Positions 24,901 through 39,900 of a DNA stretch of 64,000 nt are shown here, piece by piece (positions within the stretch are counted from its first letter, which is position 1; each line of letters opens with the position of its first letter). The position numbers and the translations under genes are program-made. This DNA comes from Mayamaea pseudoterrestris (taxonomy: Eukaryota), in assembly GCA_027923505.1 (NCBI GenBank), contig BROI01000013.1:558001-622000 (forward strand), given 5' to 3'. The notes below the pieces were generated by a model that searched no databases, had not been told where the DNA came from, and worked only from the letters and a program-made list of their open reading frames with translations.

Positions 24901-27900
24901 TGTGGTGTTGGCCATACCCACCGTGGAGGCCGTACCCCATGGTGTCAGCCTCCAGGCAGTCCTTTTTGCACCATTTGAGACTCTGCACCTGTCAATGGCA
25001 TACCCTGGACATGTTTGGCCTGACTCATTGGGTATTTGGGTGGCCAGGGCATGGGGCGTTTGACAGGTCAGAATCGACAACTTGTGGTGTTGGCCATACC
25101 CACCGTGGAGGCCGTACCCCATGGTGTCAGCCTCCAGGCAGTCCTTTTGCACCATTTGAGACTCTGCACCTGTCAATGGCATACCCTGGACATGTTTGGC
25201 CTGACTCATTGGGTATTTGGGTGGCCAGGGCATGGGGCGTTTGACAGGTCAGAATCGACAACTTGTGGTGTTGGCCATACCCACCGTGGAGGCCGTACCC
25301 ATGGTGTCAGCCTCCAGGCAGTCCTTTTGCACCATTTGAGACTCTGCACCTGTCAATGGCATACCCTGGACATGTTTGGCCTGACTCATTGGGTATTTGG
25401 GTGGCCAGGGCATGGGGCGTTTGACAGGTCAGAATCGACAACTTGTGGTGTTGGCCATACCCACCGTGGAGGCCGTACCCATGGTGTCAGCCTCCAGGCA
25501 GTCCTTTTTGCACCATTTGAGACTCTGCACCTGTCAATGGCATACCCTGGACATGTTTGGCCTGACTCATTGGGTATTTGGGTGGCCAGGGCATGGGGCG
25601 TTTGACAGGTCAGAATCGACAACTTGTGGTGTTGGCCATACCCACCGTGGAGGCCGTACCCATGGTGTCAGCCTCCAGGCAGTCCTTTTTGCACCATTTG
25701 AGACTCTGCACCTGTCAATGGCATACCCTGGACATGTTTGGCCTGACTCATTGGGTATTTGGGTGGCCAGGGCATGGGGCGTTTGACAGGTCAGAATCGA
25801 CAACTTGTGGTGTTGGCCATACCCACCGTGGAGGCCGTACCCATGGTGTCAGCCTCCAGGCAGTCCTTTTTGCACCATTTGAGACTCTGCACCTGTCAAT
25901 GGCATACCCTGGACATGTTTGGCCTGACTCATTGGGTATTTGGGTGGCCAGGGCATGGGGCGTTTGACAGGTCAGAATCGACAACTTGTGGTGTTGGCCA
26001 TACCCACCGTGGAGGCCGTACCCATGGTGTCAGCCTCCAGGCAGTCCATTTGCACCATTTGAGACTCTGCACCTGTCAATGGCATACCCTGGACATGTTT
26101 GGCCTGACTCATTGGGTATTTGGGTGGCCAGGGCATGGGGCGTTTGACAGGTCAGAATCGACAACTTGTGGTGTTGGCCATACCCACCGTGGAGGCCGTA
26201 CCCCATGGTGTCAGCCTCCAGGCAGTCCTTTTTGCACCATTTGAGACTCTGCACCTGTCAATGGCATACCCTGGACATGTTTGGCCTGACTCATTGGGTA
26301 TTTGGGTGGCCAGGGCATGGGGCGTTTGACAGGTCAGAATCGACAACTTGTGGTGTTGGCCATACCCACCGTGGAGGCCGTACCCCATGGTGTCAGCCTC
26401 CAGGCAGTCCTTTTTGCACCATTTGAGACTCTGCACCTGTCAATGGCATACCCTGGACATGTTTGGCCTGACTCATTGGGTATTTGGGTGGCCAGGGCAT
26501 GGGGCGTTTGACAGGTCAGAATCGACAACTTGTGGTGTTGGCCATACCCACCGTGGAGGCCGTACCCATGGTGTCAGCCTCCAGGCAGTCCTTTTTGCAC
26601 CATTTGAGACTCTGCACCTGTCAATGGCATACCCTGGACATGTTTGGCCTGACTCATTGGGTATTTGGGTGGCCAGGGCATGGGGCGTTTGACAGGTCAG
26701 AATCGACAACTTGTGGTGTTGGCCATACCCACCGTGGAGGCCGTACCCATGGTGTCAGCCTCCAGGCAGTCCTTTTGCACCATTTGAGACTCTGCACCTG
26801 TCAATGGCATACCCTGGACATGTTTGGCCTGACTCATTGGGTATTTGGGTGGCCAGGGCATGGGGCGTTTGACAGGTCAGAATCGACAACTTGTGGTGTT
26901 GGCCATACCCACCGTGGAGGCCGTACCCATGGTGTCAGCCTCCAGGCAGTCCTTTTTGCACCATTTGAGACTCTGCACCTGTCAATGGCATACCCTGGAC
27001 ATGTTTGGCCTGACTCATTGGGTATTTGGGTGGCCAGGGCATGGGGCGTTTGACAGGTCAGAATCGACAACTTGTGGTGTTGGCCATACCCACCGTGGAG
27101 GCCGTACCCATGGTGTCAGCCTCCAGGCAGTCCTTTTGCACCATTTGAGACTCTGCACCTGTCAATGGCATACCCTGGACATGTTTGGCCTGACTCATTG
27201 GGTATTTGGGTGGCCAGGGCATGGGGCGTTTGACAGGTCAGAATCGACAACTTGTGGTGTTGGCCATACCCACCGTGGAGGCCGTACCCCATGGTGTCAG
27301 CCTCCAGGCAGTCCTTTTTGCACCATTTGAGACTCTGCACCTGTCAATGGCATACCCTGGACATGTTTGGCCTGACTCATTGGGTATTTGGGTGGCCAGG
27401 GCATGGGGCGTTTGACAGGTCAGAATCGACAACTTGTGGTGTTGGCCATACCCACCGTGGAGGCCGTACCCATGGTGTCAGCCTCCAGGCAGTCCTTTTT
27501 GCACCATTTGAGACTCTGCACCTGTCAATGGCATACCCTGGACATGTTTGGCCTGACTCATTGGGTATTTGGGTGGCCAGGGCATGGGGCGTTTGACAGG
27601 TCAGAATCGACAACTTGTGGTGTTGGCCATACCCACCGTGGAGGCCGTACCCATGGTGTCAGCCTCCAGGCAGTCCTTTTTGCACCATTTGAGACTCTGC
27701 ACCTGTCAATGGCATACCCTGGACATGTTTGGCCTGACTCATTGGGTATTTGGGTGGCCAGGGCATGGGGCGTTTGACAGGTCAGAATCGACAACTTGTG
27801 GTGTTGGCCATAGTTTGACAGGTCAGAATCGACAACTTGTGGTGTTGGCCATACCCACCGTGGAGGCCGTACCCATGGTGTCAGCCTCCAGGCAGTCCTT

Positions 27901-30900
27901 TTGCACCATTTGAGACTCTGCACCTGTCAATGGCATACCCTGGACATGTTTGGCCTGACTCATTGGGTATTTGGGTGGCCAGGGCATGGGGCGTTTGACA
28001 GGTCAGAATCGACAACTTGTGGTGTTGGCCATACCCACCGTGGAGGCCGTACCCATGGTGTCAGCCTCCAGGCAGTCCTTTTGCACCATTTGAGACTCTG
28101 CACCTGTCAATGGCATACCCTGGACATGTTTGGCCTGACTCATTGGGTATTTGGGTGGCCAGGGCATGGGGCGTTTGACAGGTCAGAATCGACAACTTGT
28201 GGTGTTGGCCATACCCACCGTGGAGGCCGTACCCATGGTGTCAGCCTCCAGGCAGTCCTTTTTGCACCATTTGAGACTCTGCACCTGTCAATGGCATACC
28301 CTGGACATGTTTGGCCTGACTCATTGGGTATTTGGGTGGCCAGGGCATGGGGCGTTTGACAGGTCAGAATCGACAACTTGTGGTGTTGGCCATACCCACC
28401 GTGGAGGCCGTACCCCATGGTGTCAGCCTCCAGGCAGTCCTTTTTGCACCATTTGAGACTCTGCACCTGTCAATGGCATACCCTGGACATGTTTGGCCTG
28501 ACTCATTGGGTATTTGGGTGGCCAGGGCATGGGGCGTTTGACAGGTCAGAATCGACAACTTGTGGTGTTGGCCATACCCACCGTGGAGGCCGTACCCCAT
28601 GGTGTCAGCCTCCAGGCAGTCCTTTTGCACCATTTGAGACTCTGCACCTGTCAATGGCATACCCTGGACATGTTTGGCCTGACTCATTGGGTATTTGGGT
28701 GGCCAGGGCATGGGGCGTTTGACAGGTCAGAATCGACAACTTGTGGTGTTGGCCATACCCACCGTGGAGGCCGTACCCATGGTGTCAGCCTCCAGGCAGT
28801 CCTTTTGCACCATTTGAGACTCTGCACCTGTCAATGGCATACCCTGGACATGTTTGGCCTGACTCATTGGGTATTTGGGTGGCCAGGGCATGGGGCGTTT
28901 GACAGGTCAGAATCGACAACTTGTGGTGTTGGCCATACCCACCGTGGAGGCCGTACCCATGGTGTCAGCCTCCAGGCAGTCCTTTTTGCACCATTTGAGA
29001 CTCTGCACCTGTCAATGGCATACCCTGGACATGTTTGGCCTGACTCATTGGGTATTTGGGTGGCCAGGGCATGGGGCGTTTGACAGGTCAGAATCGACAA
29101 CTTGTGGTGTTGGCCATACCCACCGTGGAGGCCGTACCCATGGTGTCAGCCTCCAGGCAGTCCTTTTTGCACCATTTGAGACTCTGCACCTGTCAATGGC
29201 ATACCCTGGACATGTTTGGCCTGACTCATTGGGTATTTGGGTGGCCAGGGCATGGGGCGTTTGACAGGTCAGAATCGACAACTTGTGGTGTTGGCCATAC
29301 CCACCGTGGAGGCCGTACCCATGGTGTCAGCCTCCAGGCAGTCCTTTTTGCACCATTTGAGACTCTGCACCTGTCAATGGCATACCCTGGACATGTTTGG
29401 CCTGACTCATTGGGTATTTGGGTGGCCAGGGCATGGGGCGTTTGACAGGTCAGAATCGACAACTTGTGGTGTTGGCCATACCCACCGTGGAGGCCGTACC
29501 CATGGTGTCAGCCTCCAGGCAGTCCATTTGCACCATTTGAGACTCTGCACCTGTCAATGGCATACCCTGGACATGTTTGGCCTGACTCATTGGGTATTTG
29601 GGTGGCCAGGGCATGGGGCGTTTGACAGGTCAGAATCGACAACTTGTGGTGTTGGCCATACCCACCGTGGAGGCCGTACCCCATGGTGTCAGCCTCCAGG
29701 CAGTCCTTTTTGCACCATTTGAGACTCTGCACCTGTCAATGGCATACCCTGGACATGTTTGGCCTGACTCATTGGGTATTTGGGTGGCCAGGGCATGGGG
29801 CGTTTGACAGGTCAGAATCGACAACTTGTGGTGTTGGCCATACCCACCGTGGAGGCCGTACCCCATGGTGTCAGCCTCCAGGCAGTCCTTTTTGCACCAT
29901 TTGAGACTCTGCACCTGTCAATGGCATACCCTGGACATGTTTGGCCTGACTCATTGGGTATTTGGGTGGCCAGGGCATGGGGCGTTTGACAGGTCAGAAT
30001 CGACAACTTGTGGTGTTGGCCATACCCACCGTGGAGGCCGTACCCATGGTGTCAGCCTCCAGGCAGTCCTTTTTGCACCATTTGAGACTCTGCACCTGTC
30101 AATGGCATACCCTGGACATGTTTGGCCTGACTCATTGGGTATTTGGGTGGCCAGGGCATGGGGCGTTTGACAGGTCAGAATCGACAACTTGTGGTGTTGG
30201 CCATACCCACCGTGGAGGCCGTACCCATGGTGTCAGCCTCCAGGCAGTCCTTTTGCACCATTTGAGACTCTGCACCTGTCAATGGCATACCCTGGACATG
30301 TTTGGCCTGACTCATTGGGTATTTGGGTGGCCAGGGCATGGGGCGTTTGACAGGTCAGAATCGACAACTTGTGGTGTTGGCCATACCCACCGTGGAGGCC
30401 GTACCCATGGTGTCAGCCTCCAGGCAGTCCTTTTTGCACCATTTGAGACTCTGCACCTGTCAATGGCATACCCTGGACATGTTTGGCCTGACTCATTGGG
30501 TATTTGGGTGGCCAGGGCATGGGGCGTTTGACAGGTCAGAATCGACAACTTGTGGTGTTGGCCATACCCACCGTGGAGGCCGTACCCATGGTGTCAGCCT
30601 CCAGGCAGTCCTTTTGCACCATTTGAGACTCTGCACCTGTCAATGGCATACCCTGGACATGTTTGGCCTGACTCATTGGGTATTTGGGTGGCCAGGGCAT
30701 GGGGCGTTTGACAGGTCAGAATCGACAACTTGTGGTGTTGGCCATACCCACCGTGGAGGCCGTACCCCATGGTGTCAGCCTCCAGGCAGTCCTTTTTGCA
30801 CCATTTGAGACTCTGCACCTGTCAATGGCATACCCTGGACATGTTTGGCCTGACTCATTGGGTATTTGGGTGGCCAGGGCATGGGGCGTTTGACAGGTCA

Positions 30901-33900
30901 GAATCGACAACTTGTGGTGTTGGCCATACCCACCGTGGAGGCCGTACCCATGGTGTCAGCCTCCAGGCAGTCCTTTTTGCACCATTTGAGACTCTGCACC
31001 TGTCAATGGCATACCCTGGACATGTTTGGCCTGACTCATTGGGTATTTGGGTGGCCAGGGCATGGGGCGTTTGACAGGTCAGAATCGACAACTTGTGGTG
31101 TTGGCCATACCCACCGTGGAGGCCGTACCCATGGTGTCAGCCTCCAGGCAGTCCTTTTTGCACCATTTGAGACTCTGCACCTGTCAATGGCATACCCTGG
31201 ACATGTTTGGCCTGACTCATTGGGTATTTGGGTGGCCAGGGCATGGGGCGTTTGACAGGTCAGAATCGACAACTTGTGGTGTTGGCCATACCCACCGTGG
31301 AGGCCGTACCCATGGTGTCAGCCTCCAGGCAGTCCTTTTGCACCATTTGAGACTCTGCACCTGTCAATGGCATACCCTGGACATGTTTGGCCTGACTCAT
31401 TGGGTATTTGGGTGGCCAGGGCATGGGGCGTTTGACAGGTCAGAATCGACAACTTGTGGTGTTGGCCATACCCACCGTGGAGGCCGTACCCCATGGTGTC
31501 AGCCTCCAGGCAGTCCTTTTTGCACCATTTGAGACTCTGCACCTGTCAATGGCATACCCTGGACATGTTTGGCCTGACTCATTGGGTATTTGGGTGGCCA
31601 GGGCATGGGGCGTTTGACAGGTCAGAATCGACAACTTGTGGTGTTGGCCATACCCACCGTGGAGGCCGTACCCATGGTGTCAGCCTCCAGGCAGTCCTTT
31701 TTGCACCATTTGAGACTCTGCACCTGTCAATGGCATACCCTGGACATGTTTGGCCTGACTCATTGGGTATTTGGGTGGCCAGGGCATGGGGCGTTTGACA
31801 GGTCAGAATCGACAACTTGTGGTGTTGGCCATACCCACCGTGGAGGCCGTACCCATGGTGTCAGCCTCCAGGCAGTCCTTTTTGCACCATTTGAGACTCT
31901 GCACCTGTCAATGGCATACCCTGGACATGTTTGGCCTGACTCATTGGGTATTTGGGTGGCCAGGGCATGGGGCGTTTGACAGGTCAGAATCGACAACTTG
32001 TGGTGTTGGCCATACCCACCGTGGAGGCCGTACCCATGGTGTCAGCCTCCAGGCAGTCCTTTTTGCACCATTTGAGACTCTGCACCTGTCAATGGCATAC
32101 CCTGGACATGTTTGGCCTGACTCATTGGGTATTTGGGTGGCCAGGGCATGGGGCGTTTGACAGGTCAGAATCGACAACTTGTGGTGTTGGCCATACCCAC
32201 CGTGGAGGCCGTACCCATGGTGTCAGCCTCCAGGCAGTCCTTTTGCACCATTTGAGACTCTGCACCTGTCAATGGCATACCCTGGACATGTTTGGCCTGA
32301 CTCATTGGGTATTTGGGTGGCCAGGGCATGGGGCGTTTGACAGGTCAGAATCGACAACTTGTGGTGTTGGCCATACCCACCGTGGAGGCCGTACCCCATG
32401 GTGTCAGCCTCCAGGCAGTCCTTTTTGCACCATTTGAGACTCTGCACCTGTCAATGGCATACCCTGGACATGTTTGGCCTGACTCATTGGGTATTTGGGT
32501 GGCCAGGGCATGGGGCGTTTGACAGGTCAGAATCGACAACTTGTGGTGTTGGCCATACCCACCGTGGAGGCCGTACCCATGGTGTCAGCCTCCAGGCAGT
32601 CCTTTTGCACCATTTGAGACTCTGCACCTGTCAATGGCATACCCTGGACATGTTTGGCCTGACTCATTGGGTATTTGGGTGGCCAGGGCATGGGGCGTTT
32701 GACAGGTCAGAATCGACAACTTGTGGTGTTGGCCATACCCACCGTGGAGGCCGTACCCCATGGTGTCAGCCTCCAGGCAGTCCTTTTTGCACCATTTGAG
32801 ACTCTGCACCTGTCAATGGCATACCCTGGACATGTTTGGCCTGACTCATTGGGTATTTGGGTGGCCAGGGCATGGGGCGTTTGACAGGTCAGAATCGACA
32901 ACTTGTGGTGTTGGCCATACCCACCGTGGAGGCCGTACCCATGGTGTCAGCCTCCAGGCAGTCCTTTTTGCACCATTTGAGACTCTGCACCTGTCAATGG
33001 CATACCCTGGACATGTTTGGCCTGACTCATTGGGTATTTGGGTGGCCAGGGCATGGGGCGTTTGACAGGTCAGAATCGACAACTTGTGGTGTTGGCCATA
33101 CCCACCGTGGAGGCCGTACCCATGGTGTCAGCCTCCAGGCAGTCCTTTTTGCACCATTTGAGACTCTGCACCTGTCAATGGCATACCCTGGACATGTTTG
33201 GCCTGACTCATTGGGTATTTGGGTGGCCAGGGCATGGGGCGTTTGACAGGTCAGAATCGACAACTTGTGGTGTTGGCCATACCCACCGTGGAGGCCGTAC
33301 CCATGGTGTCAGCCTCCAGGCAGTCCTTTTTGCACCATTTGAGACTCTGCACCTGTCAATGGCATACCCTGGACATGTTTGGCCTGACTCATTGGGTATT
33401 TGGGTGGCCAGGGCATGGGGCGTTTGACAGGTCAGAATCGACAACTTGTGGTGTTGGCCATACCCACCGTGGAGGCCGTACCCATGGTGTCAGCCTCCAG
33501 GCAGTCCTTTTTGCACCATTTGAGACTCTGCACCTGTCAATGGCATACCCTGGACATGTTTGGCCTGACTCATTGGGTATTTGGGTGGCCAGGGCATGGG
33601 GCGTTTGACAGGTCAGAATCGACAACTTGTGGTGTTGGCCATACCCACCGTGGAGGCCGTACCCATGGTGTCAGCCTCCAGGCAGTCCTTTTTGCACCAT
33701 TTGAGACTCTGCACCTGTCAATGGCATACCCTGGACATGTTTGGCCTGACTCATTGGGTATTTGGGTGGCCAGGGCATGGGGCGTTTGACAGGTCAGAAT
33801 CGACAACTTGTGGTGTTGGCCATACCCACCGTGGAGGCCGTACCCCATGGTGTCAGCCTCCAGGCAGTCCTTTTTGCACCATTTGAGACTCTGCACCTGT

Positions 33901-36900
33901 CAATGGCATACCCTGGACATGTTTGGCCTGACTCATTGGGTATTTGGGTGGCCAGGGCATGGGGCGTTTGACAGGTCAGAATCGACAACTTGTGGTGTTG
34001 GCCATACCCACCGTGGAGGCCGTACCCATGGTGTCAGCCTCCAGGCAGTCCTTTTGCACCATTTGAGACTCTGCACCTGTCAATGGCATACCCTGGACAT
34101 GTTTGGCCTGACTCATTGGGTATTTGGGTGGCCAGGGCATGGGGCGTTTGACAGGTCAGAATCGACAACTTGTGGTGTTGGCCATACCCACCGTGGAGGC
34201 CGTACTCATGGTGTCAGCCTCCAGGCAGTCCTTTTTGCACCATTTGAGACTCTGCACCTGTCAATGGCATACCCTGGACATGTTTGGCCTGACTCATTGG
34301 GTATTTGGGTGGCCAGGGCATGGGGCGTTTGACAGGTCAGAATCGACAACTTGTGGTGTTGGCCATACCCACCGTGGAGGCCGTACCCATGGTGTCAGCC
34401 TCCAGGCAGTCCTTTTTGCACCATTTGAGACTCTGCACCTGTCAATGGCATACCCTGGACATGTTTGGCCTGACTCATTGGGTATTTGGGTGGCCAGGGC
34501 ATGGGGCGTTTGACAGGTCAGAATCGACAACTTGTGGTGTTGGCCATACCCACCGTGGAGGCCGTACCCATGGTGTCAGCCTCCAGGCAGTCCTTTTTGC
34601 ACCATTTGAGACTCTGCACCTGTCAATGGCATACCCTGGACATGTTTGGCCTGACTCATTGGGTATTTGGGTGGCCAGGGCATGGGGCGTTTGACAGGTC
34701 AGAATCGACAACTTGTGGTGTTGGCCATACCCACCGTGGAGGCCGTACCCATGGTGTCAGCCTCCAGGCAGTCCTTTTGCACCATTTGAGACTCTGCACC
34801 TGTCAATGGCATACCCTGGACATGTTTGGCCTGACTCATTGGGTATTTGGGTGGCCAGGGCATGGGGCGTTTGACAGGTCAGAATCGACAACTTGTGGTG
34901 TTGGCCATACCCACCGTGGAGGCCGTACCCCATGGTGTCAGCCTCCAGGCAGTCCTTTTTGCACCATTTGAGACTCTGCACCTGTCAATGGCATACCCTG
35001 GACATGTTTGGCCTGACTCATTGGGTATTTGGGTGGCCAGGGCATGGGGCGTTTGACAGGTCAGAATCGACAACTTGTGGTGTTGGCCATACCCACCGTG
35101 GAGGCCGTACCCATGGTGTCAGCCTCCAGGCAGTCCTTTTGCACCATTTGAGACTCTGCACCTGTCAATGGCATACCCTGGACATGTTTGGCCTGACTCA
35201 TTGGGTATTTGGGTGGCCAGGGCATGGGGCGTTTGACAGGTCAGAATCGACAACTTGTGGTGTTGGCCATACCCACCGTGGAGGCCGTACCCCATGGTGT
35301 CAGCCTCCAGGCAGTCCTTTTTGCACCATTTGAGACTCTGCACCTGTCAATGGCATACCCTGGACATGTTTGGCCTGACTCATTGGGTATTTGGGTGGCC
35401 AGGGCATGGGGCGTTTGACAGGTCAGAATCGACAACTTGTGGTGTTGGCCATACCCACCGTGGAGGCCGTACCCCATGGTGTCAGCCTCCAGGCAGTCCT
35501 TTTTGCACCATTTGAGACTCTGCACCTGTCAATGGCATACCCTGGACATGTTTGGCCTGACTCATTGGGTATTTGGGTGGCCAGGGCATGGGGCGTTTGA
35601 CAGGTCAGAATCGACAACTTGTGGTGTTGGCCATACCCACCGTGGAGGCCGTACCCATGGTGTCAGCCTCCAGGCAGTCCTTTTGCACCATTTGAGACTC
35701 TGCACCTGTCAATGGCATACCCTGGACATGTTTGGCCTGACTCATTGGGTATTTGGGTGGCCAGGGCATGGGGCGTTTGACAGGTCAGAATCGACAACTT
35801 GTGGTGTTGGCCATACCCACCGTGGAGGCCGTACCCATGGTGTCAGCCTCCAGGCAGTCCTTTTTGCACCATTTGAGACTCTGCACCTGTCAATGGCATA
35901 CCCTGGACATGTTTGGCCTGACTCATTGGGTATTTGGGTGGCCAGGGCATGGGGCGTTTGACAGGTCAGAATCGACAACTTGTGGTGTTGGCCATACCCA
36001 CCGTGGAGGCCGTACCCATGGTGTCAGCCTCCAGGCAGTCCTTTTGCACCATTTGAGACTCTGCACCTGTCAATGGCATACCCTGGACATGTTTGGCCTG
36101 ACTCATTGGGTATTTGGGTGGCCAGGGCATGGGGCGTTTGACAGGTCAGAATCGACAACTTGTGGTGTTGGCCATACCCACCGTGGAGGCCGTACCCATG
36201 GTGTCAGCCTCCAGGCAGTCCTTTTTGCACCATTTGAGACTCTGCACCTGTCAATGGCATACCCTGGACATGTTTGGCCTGACTCATTGGGTATTTGGGT
36301 GGCCAGGGCATGGGGCGTTTGACAGGTCAGAATCGACAACTTGTGGTGTTGGCCATACCCACCGTGGAGGCCGTACCCATGGTGTCAGCCTCCAGGCAGT
36401 CCTTTTGCACCATTTGAGACTCTGCACCTGTCAATGGCATACCCTGGACATGTTTGGCCTGACTCATTGGGTATTTGGGTGGCCAGGGCATGGGGCGTTT
36501 GACAGGTCAGAATCGACAACTTGTGGTGTTGGCCATACCCACCGTGGAGGCCGTACCCATGGTGTCAGCCTCCAGGCAGTCCTTTTGCACCATTTGAGAC
36601 TCTGCACCTGTCAATGGCATACCCTGGACATGTTTGGCCTGACTCATTGGGTATTTGGGTGGCCAGGGCATGGGGCGTTTGACAGGTCAGAATCGACAAC
36701 TTGTGGTGTTGGCCATACCCACCGTGGAGGCCGTACCCATGGTGTCAGCCTCCAGGCAGTCCTTTTGCACCATTTGAGACTCTGCACCTGTCAATGGCAT
36801 ACCCTGGACATGTTTGGCCTGACTCATTGGGTATTTGGGTGGCCAGGGCATGGGGCGTTTGACAGGTCAGAATCGACAACTTGTGGTGTTGGCCATACCC

Positions 36901-39900
36901 ACCGTGGAGGCCGTACCCATGGTGTCAGCCTCCAGGCAGTCCTTTTTGCACCATTTGAGACTCTGCACCTGTCAATGGCATACCCTGGACATGTTTGGCC
37001 TGACTCATTGGGTATTTGGGTGGCCAGGGCATGGGGCGTTTGACAGGTCAGAATCGACAACTTGTGGTGTTGGCCATACCCACCGTGGAGGCCGTACCCA
37101 TGGTGTCAGCCTCCAGGCAGTCCTTTTGCACCATTTGAGACTCTGCACCTGTCAATGGCATACCCTGGACATGTTTGGCCTGACTCATTGGGTATTTGGG
37201 TGGCCAGGGCATGGGGCGTTTGACAGGTCAGAATCGACAACTTGTGGTGTTGGCCATACCCACCGTGGAGGCCGTACCCATGGTGTCAGCCTCCAGGCAG
37301 TCCTTTTTGCACCATTTGAGACTCTGCACCTGTCAATGGCATACCCTGGACATGTTTGGCCTGACTCATTGGGTATTTGGGTGGCCAGGGCATGGGGCGT
37401 TTGACAGGTCAGAATCGACAACTTGTGGTGTTGGCCATACCCACCGTGGAGGCCGTACCCATGGTGTCAGCCTCCAGGCAGTCCTTTTTGCACCATTTGA
37501 GACTCTGCACCTGTCAATGGCATACCCTGGACATGTTTGGCCTGACTCATTGGGTATTTGGGTGGCCAGGGCATGGGGCGTTTGACAGGTCAGAATCGAC
37601 AACTTGTGGTGTTGGCCATACCCACCGTGGAGGCCGTACCCATGGTGTCAGCCTCCAGGCAGTCCTTTTGCACCATTTGAGACTCTGCACCTGTCAATGG
37701 CATACCCTGGACATGTTTGGCCTGACTCATTGGGTATTTGGGTGGCCAGGGCATGGGGCGTTTGACAGGTCAGAATCGACAACTTGTGGTGTTGGCCATA
37801 CCCACCGTGGAGGCCGTACCCATGGTGTCAGCCTCCAGGCAGTCCTTTTTGCACCATTTGAGACTCTGCACCTGTCAATGGCATACCCTGGACATGTTTG
37901 GCCTGACTCATTGGGTATTTGGGTGGCCAGGGCATGGGGCGTTTGACAGGTCAGAATCGACAACTTGTGGTGTTGGCCATACCCACCGTGGAGGCCGTAC
38001 CCATGGTGTCAGCCTCCAGGCAGTCCTTTTGCACCATTTGAGACTCTGCACCTGTCAATGGCATACCCTGGACATGTTTGGCCTGACTCATTGGGTATTT
38101 GGGTGGCCAGGGCATGGGGCGTTTGACAGGTCAGAATCGACAACTTGTGGTGTTGGCCATACCCACCGTGGAGGCCGTACCCATGGTGTCAGCCTCCAGG
38201 CAGTCCTTTTTGCACCATTTGAGACTCTGCACCTGTCAATGGCATACCCTGGACATGTTTGGCCTGACTCATTGGGTATTTGGGTGGCCAGGGCATGGGG
38301 CGTTTGACAGGTCAGAATCGACAACTTGTGGTGTTGGCCATACCCACCGTGGAGGCCGTACCCATGGTGTCAGCCTCCAGGCAGTCCTTTTTGCACCATT
38401 TGAGACTCTGCACCTGTCAATGGCATACCCTGGACATGTTTGGCCTGACTCATTGGGTATTTGGGTGGCCAGGGCATGGGGCGTTTGACAGGTCAGAATC
38501 GACAACTTGTGGTGTTGGCCATACCCACCGTGGAGGCCGTACCCATGGTGTCAGCCTCCAGGCAGTCCTTTTTGCACCATTTGAGACTCTGCACCTGTCA
38601 ATGGCATACCCTGGACATGTTTGGCCTGACTCATTGGGTATTTGGGTGGCCAGGGCATGGGGCGTTTGACAGGTCAGAATCGACAACTTGTGGTGTTGGC
38701 CATACCCACCGTGGAGGCCGTACCCATGGTGTCAGCCTCCAGGCAGTCCTTTTGCACCATTTGAGACTCTGCACCTGTCAATGGCATACCCTGGACATGT
38801 TTGGCCTGACTCATTGGGTATTTGGGTGGCCAGGGCATGGGGCGTTTGACAGGTCAGAATCGACAACTTGTGGTGTTGGCCATACCCACCGTGGAGGCCG
38901 TACCCATGGTGTCAGCCTCCAGGCAGTCCTTTTTGCACCATTTGAGACTCTGCACCTGTCAATGGCATACCCATGACATGTTTGGCCTGACTCATTGGGT
39001 ATTTGGGTGGCCAGGGCATGGGGCGTTTGACAGGTCAGAATCGACAACTTGTGGTGTTGGCCATACCCATGGTGTCAGCCTCCAGGCAGTCCTTTTTGCA
39101 CCATTTGAGACTCTGCACCTGTCAATGGCATACCCTGGACATGTTTGGCCTGACTCATTGGGTATTTGGGTGGCCAGGGCATGGGGCGTTTGACAGGTCA
39201 GAATCGACAACTTGTGGTGTTGGCCATACCCACCGTGGAGGCCGTACACATGGTGTCAGCCTCCAGGCAGTCCTTTTTGCACCATTTGAGACGCGCAGGA
39301 CTGTCCGCACCTGCACCCAGCCGTAGCTATTTGAAGACATGTTTGGCCTGACTCATTGGGTATTTGGGTGGCCAGGGCATGGGGCGTTTGACAGGTCAGA
39401 ATCGACAACTTGTGGTGTTGGCCATACCCACCGTGGAGGCCGTACCCATGGTGTCAGCCTCCAGGCAGTCCTTTTTGCACCATTTGAGACTCTGCACCTG
39501 TCAATGGCATACCCTGGACATGTTTGGCCTGACTCATTGGGTATTTGGGTGGCCAGGGCATGGGGCGTTTGACAGGTCAGAATCGACAACTTGTGGTGTT
39601 GGCCATACCCACCGTGGAGGCCGTACCCATGGTGTCAGCCTCCAGGCAGTCCTTTTGCACCATTTGAGACTCTGCACCTGTCAATGGCATTACCCGACAG
39701 TTTTGGCCTGACTCATTGGGTATTTGGGTGGCCAGGGCATGGGGCGGTTGACAGGTCAGAATCGACAACTTGTGGTGTTGGCCATACCCACCGTGGAGGC
39801 CGTACCCATGGTGTCAGCCTCCAGGCAGTCCTTTTTGCACCATTTGAGACTCTGCACCTGTCAATGGCATACCCTGGACATGTTTGGCCTGACTCATTGG

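Noticed and set aside
19700..39000. T4/T5 and C3/C4 pattern as an encoded higher-order code
   Set aside because: Homopolymer length variation is the typical long-read consensus error, so it is not interpretable without accurate reads.
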